In this document: positions 49,772 to 61,093 of the stretch, piece by piece
Layout of the letters: each line of letters starts with the position of its first letter
Position numbering within the stretch: the first letter of the stretch is position 1
DNA from: Bacilli bacterium
GTDB lineage: Bacteria > Bacillota_I > Bacilli_A > RF39 > UBA660
Assembly: GCA_041655535.1 (NCBI GenBank)
Contig: JBBAFH010000004.1
Span: 4,276 to 68,275, forward strand
Length of the DNA: 64,000 nucleotides
Direction: 5' to 3'
Position numbers and translations under genes: made by a program
Notes under the pieces: generated by a model
The model's input: only the letters and a program-made list of their open reading frames with translations
Database searches by the model: none
What the model was told of the DNA's origin: nothing

Positions 49772-50614
49772 TTATGATTCATTATTATTAGTACTTATTG
49801 CCATTTTGTAATTACTAGCATTTAAAGCTATTCCTAACACAAAAACAAATGACAAAATATAAATCCAAATCATCATTACCATGATACTTGATAAACCACC
49901 GTATATTGCATCATAATTGGCTATATTACTAACATAATATGAGTAGATAGATGTTACTATCATCCAAGCGAAAGTTGTAAAAAGCGCACCTTTTCTTGTA
50001 TACTTGCTTGGTATCAATGAATCTGGTGCAAAAGCATAAATTAAATTAATGTTAAAAAAGATTGCTACAAATCCAAGTGGCCATTTCATGAAGACATAAA
50101 TTGCATATAATGTTTCAAAAAATTCACTACCTGGATATAAAGTTATAAATAATTTTAAAATGCTATTTCCAAATGCCAAAACAATTAATATAAATATAAA
50201 AAGAAAAACTAACATTATTGCTAACATAACTGCTTTTATTCTTCTTTTTATTGTTGTTGAACTTTCTTTTTTATATAACGTGTTTGATGATGTTATAACA
50301 GAATATAATCCATTAGATGCAATCATGAAACCAATTATTAAATAGACACCAACATTTAAATTAAAACCTGTTCCATTCATAAAAGGTATTAAAATATCGC
50401 TTACATCTTGTGGAAATGTTTTAATCATAAAATTCATTAAAGTGTCAGTAGATATTGGTAAAAAAGACGCCAGTAAGACAAAAAGCGTTAATACTGGTGT
50501 AATCGATATTACAAGAGAAAACGCTAAATTGCCAGGTAATATTTCCATTTCTGGTTTCTTTATTACGCTAATCAAAGTTAATATTTTTCTTTTTATTATT
50601 GACATTTTCATCAT
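49772..50614 (-). CDS. YihY/BrkB family membrane protein
   Basis: 280 aa with six TM helices, typical of the YihY family. Confidence 0.6.
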   Translation of the reverse strand: MMKMSIIKRKILTLISVIKKPEMEILPGNLAFSLVISITPVLTLFVLLASFLPISTDTLMNFMIKTFPQDVSDILIPFMNGTGFNLNVGVYLIIGFMIASNGLYSVITSSNTLYKKESSTTIKRRIKAVMLAIMLVFLFIFILIVLAFGNSILKLFITLYPGSEFFETLYAIYVFMKWPLGFVAIFFNINLIYAFAPDSLIPSKYTRKGALFTTFAWMIVTSIYSYYVSNIANYDAIYGGLSSIMVMMIWIYILSFVFVLGIALNASNYKMAISTNNNES

Positions 50615-50623
50615 CCTAATTAC

Positions 50624-52717
50624 TTACTTTTCATCATTTTCTTGTGATTCTTTATTATCACGCATATCAAGGGTTGCTTCGTTGATTGCATCATCAATTG
50701 TTTTAATTGCATCAACAATCATACTATAACCAATAGCAGCACCAAAATTATGAGTAAGATCTTTTAATTCTTTGTTTAATTTTTTTATAGAGGAGATAAC
50801 TGCTTTTTCATCGTGACCAACCATGTAAATTAAAAACTCATTACCGCTAGTACGAATAATATCACTGTTTTCAACTTGATTTAAAATCAAAATATTAGCA
50901 GCTTCAGTAATAACTTTGTCTCCTTCAACATGTCCATAATTATCATTAATATATGAAATGTTGTTTAAATCTACAACAACAATTGCTTGAGGATAAACTT
51001 CACTGTTATCCCATATTTCTAAATTGTCATTTAAATAATTACGGTTTTTAAGTGATGTTAATTGGTCTATATATTTCATTTTATTTTCTTTTGAAACAAT
51101 AGTTGTTTTTTGATTGTCTTTGCTCTTTTTAATAGATTTATTTACTAATATAGTCGCAAATATTATAATTAAAGCAGCAGTCATAACAATCAACGATCTT
51201 ATAATAATCGGCGATTTATCAATATTAAATAATCCATAATAGCTATTATTGACAATGCTTTTATTACATACAAACGATAAGTAAAAATCTAAAAAGTTTT
51301 GAAATGTTTCATTCTCTTTGATATCTCTTACAACAAGACCACTATCGTTTTCTAATGTTTCTTCGTAATATACTTTATAATCTTTAAATTTATTACTACT
51401 ATAGTAATTATATACTTCTTTATCAATCGCAATAACTGAATTTTTTTTCATGTTTTTAAGTAATTCAGAAACATTATCATAGCTCTTAATTTTTAATTTA
51501 TTTTGTAATAAATAATTCGATACTTCGCTATTATTAACTGTTATTAATTCCTTGTTTTCTAATGAATTTAAAGAATTTACAACTAAGTTATTATTAATAT
51601 TTGCAATAATTACTAATTTATTATTATAAACTGGGATAGTTTTATAGACATCCATACTGTATTTATTATTTACATTATTTTCATACATTAAATCTATTTT
51701 ATTACTATTAAATGCATCAAACATCGAATCATTACTAGTGTATTTATTGAAAATTATTTCAATATCAGCTGTTGATGCAAATTTTTTAAGAAAAACACTA
51801 TTATAACCAAGAAGTTTATTATTAATTATAATGTCATATGGAGCGTTTGGAGTAAACCCATAAGTATATCTCTTACTACGGAAGTTAACAACGTTTTTTT
51901 CGGTTACATTAGTAAAACTAAAATAACTGTCGCTCAAATGATCATTGTAACTATTTTCAAAATTTTCTTTTGACCATTTTTCATAAAATTTAGTTAAGAT
52001 ATTATTAAGTTTTTCTTTATCGCCCAATGTAATAACATAATCTTTTTTCATTTCAGTTACATTATAAGCGATATGTAATTGTTTGTTTTCTAAAATTTTA
52101 TTTAAATATAAAGTCTTGGGAACAAGCATAGCATTAATAGGATTAAGTTTTTCATCTTCATCTATTTCTACTTCTGGTTTAATAATTTCTTCCCACATTT
52201 TGGTAGCATTATCATAACTTTTGAAAACATTATTAGATCCATTTTTCAAATATTTACTTGCACTATCTAAATCACTTTCTAAAACACCAATAACAAAACC
52301 TTCAATTTCATTTAAATCAATAATTTTTTTCTTTTCATTTGTAACAAGAACATAATTATCTTGATAAATTAAAATATCTTTTTTAGATGCTTTATCTACT
52401 ATATTAAATGCATAATCAGTGTTCACTTTTGTATTATATTGAAATGATAATTTATTAAGCGCCAGTCCAGTTGTTTTTTCTAAGTTATTTAAGAAATCAA
52501 AAAAGACACCTGCACCATTATAGTTGAAAATAGGAACTTCGTTAATAAGTCCTATATCCATTACAGTATTTTTATTACTTTCAATCCATTGCTTCTCGAT
52601 CAAGTTAAGAGTTGTTTTTTTATCTTCTTTAGTGAAAATATACACTCCACCTAATATTAATATAATTACGATGATTATTAAAGGAATAATCACTTTTTTG
52701 TTTTTCATTGTTACCAC
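50624..52717 (-). CDS. Membrane protein with large extracytoplasmic domains and a C-terminal degenerate GGDEF domain
   Basis: GGDEF-domain motifs DQLTSLKNRNY and VVDLNNISYINDNYGHVEGD are present. The active-site motif is SGNEF instead of GG[DE]EF. Two TM helices flank an extracellular region of about 500 aa. Confidence 0.65.
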   Translation of the reverse strand: MVTMKNKKVIIPLIIIVIILILGGVYIFTKEDKKTTLNLIEKQWIESNKNTVMDIGLINEVPIFNYNGAGVFFDFLNNLEKTTGLALNKLSFQYNTKVNTDYAFNIVDKASKKDILIYQDNYVLVTNEKKKIIDLNEIEGFVIGVLESDLDSASKYLKNGSNNVFKSYDNATKMWEEIIKPEVEIDEDEKLNPINAMLVPKTLYLNKILENKQLHIAYNVTEMKKDYVITLGDKEKLNNILTKFYEKWSKENFENSYNDHLSDSYFSFTNVTEKNVVNFRSKRYTYGFTPNAPYDIIINNKLLGYNSVFLKKFASTADIEIIFNKYTSNDSMFDAFNSNKIDLMYENNVNNKYSMDVYKTIPVYNNKLVIIANINNNLVVNSLNSLENKELITVNNSEVSNYLLQNKLKIKSYDNVSELLKNMKKNSVIAIDKEVYNYYSSNKFKDYKVYYEETLENDSGLVVRDIKENETFQNFLDFYLSFVCNKSIVNNSYYGLFNIDKSPIIIRSLIVMTAALIIIFATILVNKSIKKSKDNQKTTIVSKENKMKYIDQLTSLKNRNYLNDNLEIWDNSEVYPQAIVVVDLNNISYINDNYGHVEGDKVITEAANILILNQVENSDIIRTSGNEFLIYMVGHDEKAVISSIKKLNKELKDLTHNFGAAIGYSMIVDAIKTIDDAINEATLDMRDNKESQENDEK

Positions 52718-52721
52718 CTTA

Positions 52722-53195
52722 CTAATTAGTCCATATAAATGTCAATGATGTTTTATGCTTATACCCAACCATTGGATAATATTCACTATTTTCTAATTCA
52801 TTAACTATAAATAATTGAAAATCAAAATATTTTTTTTCTTCATCATTAAATTTCTCCAAGATTTTATCCCCAAATGACTTTGAAGTTATTAAATCTAAGT
52901 CGCCTTTAATATGAATTGTATAATTAATTGTTCTCCCAGATAAATGAGAATCAATTTTTTCGATTTTTTCTTCTTTGGCTAATTCTTTTACTTCTTCTTT
53001 TAATCGATTGTCATTAATATTAAAGTTTTCTATTTCATCTAACCGACTTCCGTATAAATCTTTACGAATATCTGGATATAATAGTTCTTTAACACCGATG
53101 TATGCAAAAATCATTAATATTAAAAAAACACCTACTAAAATAATTTTTAACTTATGTTTTTTTATAAATTCCATAGTTTGCTCCTCCAATCCCAA
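52722..53195 (-). CDS. Hypothetical membrane-anchored protein
   Basis: 157 aa with an N-terminal TM helix. Confidence 0.4.
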   Translation of the reverse strand: MGLEEQTMEFIKKHKLKIILVGVFLILMIFAYIGVKELLYPDIRKDLYGSRLDEIENFNINDNRLKEEVKELAKEEKIEKIDSHLSGRTINYTIHIKGDLDLITSKSFGDKILEKFNDEEKKYFDFQLFIVNELENSEYYPMVGYKHKTSLTFIWTN

Positions 53196-53227
53196 ACATT
53201 ATACTACAAAATTAAAAAATGCGCAAA

Positions 53228-54646
53228 TTAGTGATTATTAAGTTCTTGAACTAATAATTCAGAGGCTTTTGTTGGATTTACTTGCCCTTTTGTTTCTTTC
53301 ATTATTTGACCCATTAAGTATTTTAAAGCACGATCTTGACCATTCTTATAGTCAATTAATGATTGTTGATTATTATTGATAATGTTTTTAATTACTTCTA
53401 AAATTAAATCATCATTATTAATTTGCTTTAAACCTAAATTTTCAATAATTGTCTTAACTGTTCCTCCATTTTCAAGTAGTATAGGAATTATTTTTTTAAT
53501 ATGTGTAGAAGATATTTCACCCTTTTCATAAGTTTCAATTAATTCCTTAAAATTGTCTGTTGTTAATTTTATGTCTTTAATCACTAATTTATTTTTGTTT
53601 AAATAGTTTAGAACATCACCAGTTAATATATTTGATGCTATAACCGGATTAGTAACTTCAATTACTTCTTCAAAAAATTGACATAATTCATAATTACCAA
53701 TAATTGTTTTTATATTATTTTGATTAATATCTAAACGATTATACTTTTCTCTTAATTCACTTGGAAGCATAGGTAGTTTGTTTTTAATATTTAAGATAAA
53801 TTCGTCAGTCAAATGTAGTGGTGGAAGATTGGGTTCTGGAAAATATCTATAATCGTTATTAGTTTCTTTTACTCTCATAGATATTGTAGTACCTGCTTTA
53901 TCATCAAATCTTCTTGTTTCACCGATAACTTTTTGACCACTTTCAATTACAGAACGTTGACGATTGATCTCATATAAAATACTTGCACCAACATTACTAA
54001 TAGAACCAATGTTTTTAACTTCGGCTTTAGTACCTAATATATCACTTCCTTTTTCTTTGAGTGATACATTCGCGTCACATCGCATACTTCCTTCTTCAAT
54101 TTTCACATCACTTATACCTAAATATAAGAGTATTTCGCGGATTCCTTCTAAATAAGCAACAGCCTCTTGATCATTTGAAATAACCGGTCTTGTTACAATT
54201 TCAATTAACGGAACTCCTGAACGATTAAAATCTAAAACAGTACCTCCTTGACCATGAATACTTTTTGCGGTATCTTCTTCGATATGAATTCTTTCTATCT
54301 CAATTTTTTTAGGTTGACCAGAAACATTTATTGTTAAATATCCATCATAACCAATTGGAGTTCGGTTTTGGGTAATTTGATAACCTTTAGCTAAATCTGG
54401 ATAAAAATAATTTTTACGGTCAAAACTCATCTCTTTATTTATCTTGCAATTAAGTGCAAGTGCTGCTTTTAAAGCCATAACCACAACTTCTTTATTTAGT
54501 TTAGGAAGTGTTCCAGGATATGCAATATCTATTAGACTAATATTTTCATTGGGTAAACTATCAAATTTGTTTAAACTATTAGAAAAAACTTTTGTTTTAC
54601 TCTTAAGTTCAACGTGTATTTCAATACCAATAGTTGGTTCTAACAT
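53228..54646 (-). CDS. gatB: Asp-tRNA(Asn)/Glu-tRNA(Gln) amidotransferase subunit B
   Basis: MLEPTIGIEIHVEL... with the C-terminal GatB/YqeY domain. Confidence 0.9.
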   Translation of the reverse strand: MLEPTIGIEIHVELKSKTKVFSNSLNKFDSLPNENISLIDIAYPGTLPKLNKEVVVMALKAALALNCKINKEMSFDRKNYFYPDLAKGYQITQNRTPIGYDGYLTINVSGQPKKIEIERIHIEEDTAKSIHGQGGTVLDFNRSGVPLIEIVTRPVISNDQEAVAYLEGIREILLYLGISDVKIEEGSMRCDANVSLKEKGSDILGTKAEVKNIGSISNVGASILYEINRQRSVIESGQKVIGETRRFDDKAGTTISMRVKETNNDYRYFPEPNLPPLHLTDEFILNIKNKLPMLPSELREKYNRLDINQNNIKTIIGNYELCQFFEEVIEVTNPVIASNILTGDVLNYLNKNKLVIKDIKLTTDNFKELIETYEKGEISSTHIKKIIPILLENGGTVKTIIENLGLKQINNDDLILEVIKNIINNNQQSLIDYKNGQDRALKYLMGQIMKETKGQVNPTKASELLVQELNNH

Positions 54647-56088
54647 TATATATCCCCTCCTGGTTTTAGATTTAGATTAAGGTTTTTTTCAATTAAATTG
54701 GCAAGCTTATAAATTTTTTGTTCTTCAAAATAATTACTCATAATTTGAAGTCCAATTGGCATATTCTCACTATTGAATCCAATAGGCAAAGATAGAGCAG
54801 GAATTCCTGTCATATTAGCAGGTATTGTTAAAATATCATCATAAAATTTATGATTATAATTTTCACTTTTTTGATTAAGTGGATATGCTACATTAGAAGT
54901 AGTCGGAACCAATATATAATCGTAATTTTTGAAAACATTAACAATACTATCAGTAAGACTTTTTCTAACTGCTAATGCTTTATAATAATATTGATTAGCG
55001 TTCTTCCCACTCAAAACATAAGTTCCAATCATAATTCTTTTTTTGACTTCTCTACCAAATCCTTCAGTTCTAGTATTTTTATATAGCTCTTCAATATTAT
55101 TATAATTTTTACTAATATAACCATATCTAATTCCATCAAAACAAGATAAACTACTGCTCGCTTCTGATAAAGCAATTATTTGATATAGTGATACAGAATT
55201 TTCCAAATATGGAATATCAACATATTCAACTAAATATCCATTTTCTTTTAATAGTTTTAAAATATTTTCAAACTCGTTACGAACTTCTTCGTTCATCTCA
55301 AACTTTAAATAAAAAGATGGAACGCCTATCTTTTTACAATTTCCATCAATTTCTAAATCAGTAAAATTGCTATCATTATTAAAAGTTGTATAGTCATTAT
55401 TATCAAGTCCGGAAATAGCTTCTAAAAGTAGTGCATTCTCATAAACATTTCTAGCGATAGGTCCTACTTGATCAAGACTTGCAGCAAATGGTATCACTCC
55501 GTATCTAGAAACCCTTCCATATGTTGGCTTCATTCCAACAACACCACAAAATGATGCTGGTTCACGGACACTACCTCCAGTATCACTGCCTAATGATAAA
55601 GGCACTAAACCTCCACTAACGCATGCAGCACTACCGCTACTACTACCTCCAGGAACACGTTCCTTGTTCCACGGATTCAATGTTTTTCCGTAGTAACTCG
55701 TTTCTCCAGTTGACCCCATTGCAAACTCATCCATATTAGTTTTTCCGATAACAATCATATTTTTATCTTTTAATTTTTGAACAACAGTTGCATCATATAC
55801 TGGGACAAAATTATCTAACATAAGGGATGCACAAGTAGTCTTCAAATTTTTAGTAACAATATTATCTTTAATTGCAATCGGTATGCCAAACAAAGGGTTG
55901 TCCACTTCTAGAGATTCAAGTTCAATTGCTCTATTTCTCGCACCTTCAATATCAAGTGTTATAAAAGCATTAAGCTCTGAATGTTTTTCTCTTTCAATAA
56001 ATTCATTAACCAAGTCAATCGGTTTAATCTTTTTTTCTTTTAATAAATTATGTATTTCTAAAATTGTTAAATCTAAATAATTACTCAT
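54646..56088 (-). CDS. gatA: Asp-tRNA(Asn)/Glu-tRNA(Gln) amidotransferase subunit A
   Basis: Amidase signature GGSSSGSAA; 480 aa. Confidence 0.9.
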   Translation of the reverse strand: MSNYLDLTILEIHNLLKEKKIKPIDLVNEFIEREKHSELNAFITLDIEGARNRAIELESLEVDNPLFGIPIAIKDNIVTKNLKTTCASLMLDNFVPVYDATVVQKLKDKNMIVIGKTNMDEFAMGSTGETSYYGKTLNPWNKERVPGGSSSGSAACVSGGLVPLSLGSDTGGSVREPASFCGVVGMKPTYGRVSRYGVIPFAASLDQVGPIARNVYENALLLEAISGLDNNDYTTFNNDSNFTDLEIDGNCKKIGVPSFYLKFEMNEEVRNEFENILKLLKENGYLVEYVDIPYLENSVSLYQIIALSEASSSLSCFDGIRYGYISKNYNNIEELYKNTRTEGFGREVKKRIMIGTYVLSGKNANQYYYKALAVRKSLTDSIVNVFKNYDYILVPTTSNVAYPLNQKSENYNHKFYDDILTIPANMTGIPALSLPIGFNSENMPIGLQIMSNYFEEQKIYKLANLIEKNLNLNLKPGGDI

Positions 56089-56375
56089 TCAATCACCTTT
56101 GGTACTAAAATATAATCTGCTTCTCTATTAGAAACTCTACTAAGCACTTCTTCTTTATCAATTTTTTCAACCACTATACCATCTTCAAAACAATTGATAT
56201 TGTTAGTTGGTGAAAATAAAATATCTTTATTATCTATTTCTAAATTTTGAATATTATCAATTTCTTCGACTACTTGATTTAAACTTAATACATAATCATC
56301 AATTTCTTTATCTGTTGAGTTAAGCATTGCAAATCCTAAGACACGCTTAACTAAATTTTTATTTATTTCGTTCAT
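56085..56375 (-). CDS. gatC: Asp-tRNA(Asn)/Glu-tRNA(Gln) amidotransferase subunit C
   Basis: 96 aa; translationally coupled to gatA. Confidence 0.85.
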   Translation of the reverse strand: MNEINKNLVKRVLGFAMLNSTDKEIDDYVLSLNQVVEEIDNIQNLEIDNKDILFSPTNNINCFEDGIVVEKIDKEEVLSRVSNREADYILVPKVIE

Positions 56376-56376
56376 T

Positions 56377-57414
56377 TTATCCTCCTAAAATATAAACTTT
56401 ACTTTTTAGACTATTACTTCCTTTATTAATAAAGGCAAGAACAGAATTGTTTGATTTAACAACTACTTGAATCGTTAGTTGACTATCAAAATTATCCATT
56501 TCATTACTAATAGTATTACTTAAATAAAGTAATTCTCCGCTATTAAACGTCCCACTGTGGACTGTAATTTCAATATTTTGAAGTTTATTGTTTTGATACA
56601 ATCCTTTTGCCGAAACGTTTATGCTTTCTTTTATTTTTTTAATTTGTTTTTCTAAATTACTAAATGCATTATATATATTAATATCATTAGTAAGCACATA
56701 ATTAGAATTTAAATATTGATACTCATAGTTAATCTTACTTAATGTAATACTCTCATCGGTTGTAACTCCAACATACTTGATACCGCCAGGAAGCATCGCA
56801 TTGGGGCGATTTTGTAAATATACTCCAATTACTACTCTCACTTCTTTTAATTTTGGGTTAGTTCTTATATATTTAATAACGCTCTTAGCCTTTTCAATAA
56901 TAATCGGCTCTAGTGTAGCTATTGGAACTTCTTCATAATCGTAATTACCTAAGTCAGTAAGATAAGATTGATACGGATTAATTATTAATCCAATTGTTAA
57001 TCCTTTCAAATGGCCATTATTAGTTAAATAATTTTGTTCATAAATACTTGATACATAAGTTGGAGTTAATTCAACACCGTTTATTTGAACTATTTCTTCT
57101 TTATTTAAATTATCTTTTGATAACAATTCTTGTAAATCTCCTCGACTAAAATATTGTCCGGCTTGATATAAAGAATTAGTCGTTTTAAAATAATTACTTG
57201 ATAGCATCATATAAGAATTTTCAACATCATTAATATCATAATTATTTAAAACATTATTTACAACATAACTTCCACTAACAGATGGTTTATAGGGCGATGC
57301 AACTTGATAATATTCATTATTAAAATCAATCTGGATTTTTCTATCAATCTTATCCACTTTACTACAACCAACTAAAAACAAACTTGCTAAACCTATTAGT
57401 AACAACTTTCTCAT
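56377..57414 (-). CDS. camS: CamS family sex-pheromone lipoprotein (YerH-like)
   Basis: Lipobox LFLVGC. It sits immediately upstream of gatCAB, which is conserved synteny in Firmicutes. Confidence 0.6.
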   Translation of the reverse strand: MRKLLLIGLASLFLVGCSKVDKIDRKIQIDFNNEYYQVASPYKPSVSGSYVVNNVLNNYDINDVENSYMMLSSNYFKTTNSLYQAGQYFSRGDLQELLSKDNLNKEEIVQINGVELTPTYVSSIYEQNYLTNNGHLKGLTIGLIINPYQSYLTDLGNYDYEEVPIATLEPIIIEKAKSVIKYIRTNPKLKEVRVVIGVYLQNRPNAMLPGGIKYVGVTTDESITLSKINYEYQYLNSNYVLTNDINIYNAFSNLEKQIKKIKESINVSAKGLYQNNKLQNIEITVHSGTFNSGELLYLSNTISNEMDNFDSQLTIQVVVKSNNSVLAFINKGSNSLKSKVYILGG

Positions 57415-57477
57415 AACATCACCATCACTATAATTATAACATGAATGGTTTAATATATGAATAGTTTAACTTGTTGA

Positions 57478-57510
57478 AAAAAATAAAAAAATTGGTGTTT
57501 TATTACCAAT
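57478..57510 (-). terminator. Terminator after efp
   Basis: ATTGGTAATAAAACACCAAT hairpin followed by a U-run on the minus-strand transcript. Confidence 0.55.
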
Positions 57511-57531
57511 AATTATTATAACCTTTTTTGT

Positions 57532-58089
57532 TTATGCTCTTGAATCATATTTTCCATCTTTAGTAGAAACAATAATCATTTCATCTGTTTCAATAAATAA
57601 TGGAACTTTTACAACTAATCCTGTTTCTAACACTGCTTCTTTAGTAGCATTATTAACAGTATTACCACGAACAGATGGTTCAGTACTAATAACCTTGTAT
57701 TCAATTTTTTCAGGTAATGAAATACCTAATAATTCACTTTCATAAAAAGTTAATTCAACATCCAAACCTTCTTTTAAATATTCAATTTCATCTTCAATTT
57801 GATTTTTGTCTAATTCGATTTGCTCATACGTTTCCATGTTCATAAAATTATAAGCATCTCCATTAGCATATAGAAATTGCATTGAAATTCTATCAATCGC
57901 TGCTTTTCCAACCTTAATTCCAGCATTAAATGTATGTTCTACTGTTGATCCGCTTCGTAAGTTTTTTAATTTACTTCTAACAAAAGCAGGCCCTTTTCCT
58001 GGTTTTACATGTAAAAATTCGATTACTTGATATATGTTTCCGTCAAACTCGATAGTCATTCCGTTTTTTAAATCATTAACATTTACCAT
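57532..58089 (-). CDS. efp: Elongation factor P
   Basis: MVNVNDLKNGMTIEFDGNIYQVIEF...KPGKGPAFVRSKLKNL, including the conserved KPGKG loop. Confidence 0.9.
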   Translation of the reverse strand: MVNVNDLKNGMTIEFDGNIYQVIEFLHVKPGKGPAFVRSKLKNLRSGSTVEHTFNAGIKVGKAAIDRISMQFLYANGDAYNFMNMETYEQIELDKNQIEDEIEYLKEGLDVELTFYESELLGISLPEKIEYKVISTEPSVRGNTVNNATKEAVLETGLVVKVPLFIETDEMIIVSTKDGKYDSRA

Positions 58090-58109
58090 ATTGGTCTCCT
58101 TTCAAGCAA

Positions 58110-58277
58110 CTATTTCTTTTCTTTATGTAAAGTTACAGTTTTAGATTTTGGACAAAACTTTTTTATTTCAATTCGTTCGGGAGTATTTCTTTTGTTTTTT
58201 TCAGTACGATAATTTTCTGAACCACACACTGTGCATTGTAGTGTTATTCTTTCACGTGCTTCTCCTTTTTTAGCCAT
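58110..58277 (-). CDS. rpmG: 50S ribosomal protein L33
   Basis: [62 protein letters not shown] ribosome-binding site. Not in the supplied ORF track because it is shorter than 60 aa. Confidence 0.85.
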   Translation of the reverse strand: MAKKGEARERITLQCTVCGSENYRTEKNKRNTPERIEIKKFCPKSKTVTLHKEKK

Positions 58278-58318
58278 GTTTTTCCCTCCTTTAATACATA
58301 CGCTACTATTATAGCAAA

Positions 58319-60418
58319 TTATTTGTAAATTTCAAAGATTTTTTTTGCAACCTCAAAAGATATTCGACGATTAACAGTACTTCGATAGCCACTTTTAGCA
58401 AAAACTGGTGAAATATCTGGTGAAATAACTGTAAAAGCAATCTTTGGATTATCATAAGGTGCAAATCCTGCAAATGTATGACTATAAGTCTCTAAATCTA
58501 CAATACCATCTAAATCACTATCAATAAAGCTCTCACTAGTACCTGTTTTTCCTGCTGGTTTCATAGATGCCGGCATATAACCAACACCTGTCCCCCCACT
58601 AGCAGTTACTTGTTTAAATCCCTCTTGAATTCTTTTCAAATGTTCATCCTTAGTATTTAACTTATTTAACACTTCTGGTTCCTTATTATAAACAATACTT
58701 GTAAGTCCTTCTTTTGTCGGTGCATAAACACTTTTTAGTAAGTGAGGTGCGATACGATAACCTCCATTAGCAATCGTTCCAATATATTGAGATAATTGAA
58801 TTGGAGTATAAGTATCATATTGACCAATCGAAAAGTCAAGTAAGTGCCCTGAAAGTGTGCTGTTTCCTTTATAACCCAATCCCTCATTTGGAAGGTCTAT
58901 TTGAGTTTTAACGCCAAGTCCGAATTCCGCAAATGTATTACGATATATATCAAATGTTTTTGGATCAATTGATAGTGCTTCGTCATATTTGTATATACCT
59001 TTACCTACCTTTATGGCTGTTTGATATTGATAAGAGTTTGATGAATATTTCAAAGCTCCAACATCATTAATTCGTCCAAGATAACGCCATGAACATTTTA
59101 TTGGTGTTGCAGCTATTTTAATACAATAATCATCACGAATTTCACCAACTTTTAATACCCCTTGATTAAATCCAACAATATTAGAGGCACCTTTAACAAC
59201 TGATCCCATAACAACAGATGAGTTTATTATTCCTGGTGTATAATCATAAATTTCATATTTATCATCAACTTGAACAATTTGTTTAGCTGACATAGCAATT
59301 ATTTCACCAGTATTAGGATCAGTTATAACCACAAATGAACGATTATAGTATTCCGTGTTTGGTTCTTTCTTAGTAGCCATTAATTCTTGTTCTAAAATTT
59401 TGTCAATTGTTTTTTGAAGTTCAATATCGATTGTAACAACAATATCATTGCCGCGTTGACCCTCTTTAATTAGTTTGGAAGTACCATCACTTAATAATTC
59501 ATAGGTGTTTTTTTCACCCTTTAAATAGTCTTCGTACTGATATTCTAAATAACTAATACCAACACGATCGTTAAGACTATAGCCCTTAGCTAAATAGAAA
59601 TCTTTCAATTCATAAGGCAATCCTGATTCACTTGTTGAAACACTTCCAAGTATAGTTCTAAAAGTATCTCCATAAGGATATACCCTTTCCCAATCTAATC
59701 TAGTATTAAAACCTCTTAATTTATGAATATTTTCTGATATTTTAGCATATTCATGATCAGTAATTTTTTCTTTTTTAATAACCTTTTCAGAATAATAATA
59801 TCCTTTATTCATTAAATAATAAATATATGCTGCTTCTCGATCAAGTTCTTTATATTCATCTAGCTCCTCTTGCGTAATTCTTTCTATCTTTAATTCTTCT
59901 ATATCATCAAGGGTTAGCCTACGCTCATCTAGTTGTTTCCATTCTTCATCCGTAATTTTAGTTAATCCTTTTTCACGATTATTACGTAGCCAAAACTCTT
60001 TTAAATTTCTAGCAGATAAATCGCTATAGTCAACGTCTAAAATTTTAGCAACTTCATGAGCCATCTTTAATTCTTCTTCTCTTGTTATGTCATTAACTTT
60101 TTTATAATAAATAATTTTTATTGGTTTATTGTCAACGATTAAACGATGATGACGGTCATATATTCTCCCCCTTGGAGCAGATGGACCTAAAACAATATTT
60201 TGATTTAACAATTTAACTCTATTTTCATAATGTTTTTGTCTTATTATTTGAATAGCAAATAAATTACCAATGATAATGATATTTAAAAAAATTATTATCA
60301 TAATTAATACACTGTACCTTTTTTCAATTATTTCTTTAATATTTCTATATTTCTTATAGTAACTAAATTTTATATTAGTCTGTTTTCGACGTTTGTTATT
60401 TTTGAATATTTTTTTCAT
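58319..60418 (-). CDS. Penicillin-binding protein 2 (class B transpeptidase, FtsI/PBP2B-like)
   Basis: N-terminal TM helix, a dimerisation domain and a transpeptidase domain with SxxK, SxN and KTG-type motifs (KTGT). Confidence 0.8.
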   Translation of the reverse strand: MKKIFKNNKRRKQTNIKFSYYKKYRNIKEIIEKRYSVLIMIIIFLNIIIIGNLFAIQIIRQKHYENRVKLLNQNIVLGPSAPRGRIYDRHHRLIVDNKPIKIIYYKKVNDITREEELKMAHEVAKILDVDYSDLSARNLKEFWLRNNREKGLTKITDEEWKQLDERRLTLDDIEELKIERITQEELDEYKELDREAAYIYYLMNKGYYYSEKVIKKEKITDHEYAKISENIHKLRGFNTRLDWERVYPYGDTFRTILGSVSTSESGLPYELKDFYLAKGYSLNDRVGISYLEYQYEDYLKGEKNTYELLSDGTSKLIKEGQRGNDIVVTIDIELQKTIDKILEQELMATKKEPNTEYYNRSFVVITDPNTGEIIAMSAKQIVQVDDKYEIYDYTPGIINSSVVMGSVVKGASNIVGFNQGVLKVGEIRDDYCIKIAATPIKCSWRYLGRINDVGALKYSSNSYQYQTAIKVGKGIYKYDEALSIDPKTFDIYRNTFAEFGLGVKTQIDLPNEGLGYKGNSTLSGHLLDFSIGQYDTYTPIQLSQYIGTIANGGYRIAPHLLKSVYAPTKEGLTSIVYNKEPEVLNKLNTKDEHLKRIQEGFKQVTASGGTGVGYMPASMKPAGKTGTSESFIDSDLDGIVDLETYSHTFAGFAPYDNPKIAFTVISPDISPVFAKSGYRSTVNRRISFEVAKKIFEIYK

Positions 60419-61010
60419 ATAGCTTGTTTATTTCTATAAAATCAATAATATTAAAGAAATTTTTTATATATTCACCTCGGCGATTTTGATATAACAAGTA
60501 ATATGCGTGTTCCCATAAATCAATAGTCATAATTGGAATAAGTCCGTATAAATATGGTGTTTCCTGATTGGAAGTATTAATAATCTCTAATTTTTTTTCA
60601 TGATTTATAACTAAAAAGGTATAGCCTGATCCTTTAAGTAACGTTGCTGTTTTAATGAATTCATTTTTAAAGTTTTCAAAACTTCCATATTCTTCATCAA
60701 TTGCTTCTTTTAGTTTACCTTTAGGAGTATTGTTTTTATGTGGACTCATACTTAACCAATATAAATTATGATTAAGAACTCCACCAGCATTAAACAAAAT
60801 ATCCCCTCTAACTTCAAGCGGAAATGAATCAATGTTTACAACCAATTCTTCAAGCGAATATCGATAATCATAATTAATACTATTTAAAACTTTATTTAAA
60901 TTATCTAAATAGCCATGATGATGTTTTTCATAATGTATCTCAACTGTTCTTGAATCAATATCCGGTTTTAAATCACCATAAGAATATTTTAATTTTGGAA
61001 TCTTATACAT
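60396..61010 (-). CDS. sodA: Superoxide dismutase (Fe/Mn)
   Basis: HHxKHH at the N-terminus and a C-terminal DxWEHAYY. Confidence 0.9.
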   Translation of the reverse strand: MYKIPKLKYSYGDLKPDIDSRTVEIHYEKHHHGYLDNLNKVLNSINYDYRYSLEELVVNIDSFPLEVRGDILFNAGGVLNHNLYWLSMSPHKNNTPKGKLKEAIDEEYGSFENFKNEFIKTATLLKGSGYTFLVINHEKKLEIINTSNQETPYLYGLIPIMTIDLWEHAYYLLYQNRRGEYIKNFFNIIDFIEINKLYEKNIQK

Positions 61011-61093
61011 AATATCTTCCTTTCTTTTTAATTATAGTTATTAACACGCATTATTATTACCAATTAAACATATGCTATTTCGAGGTGCATAGA

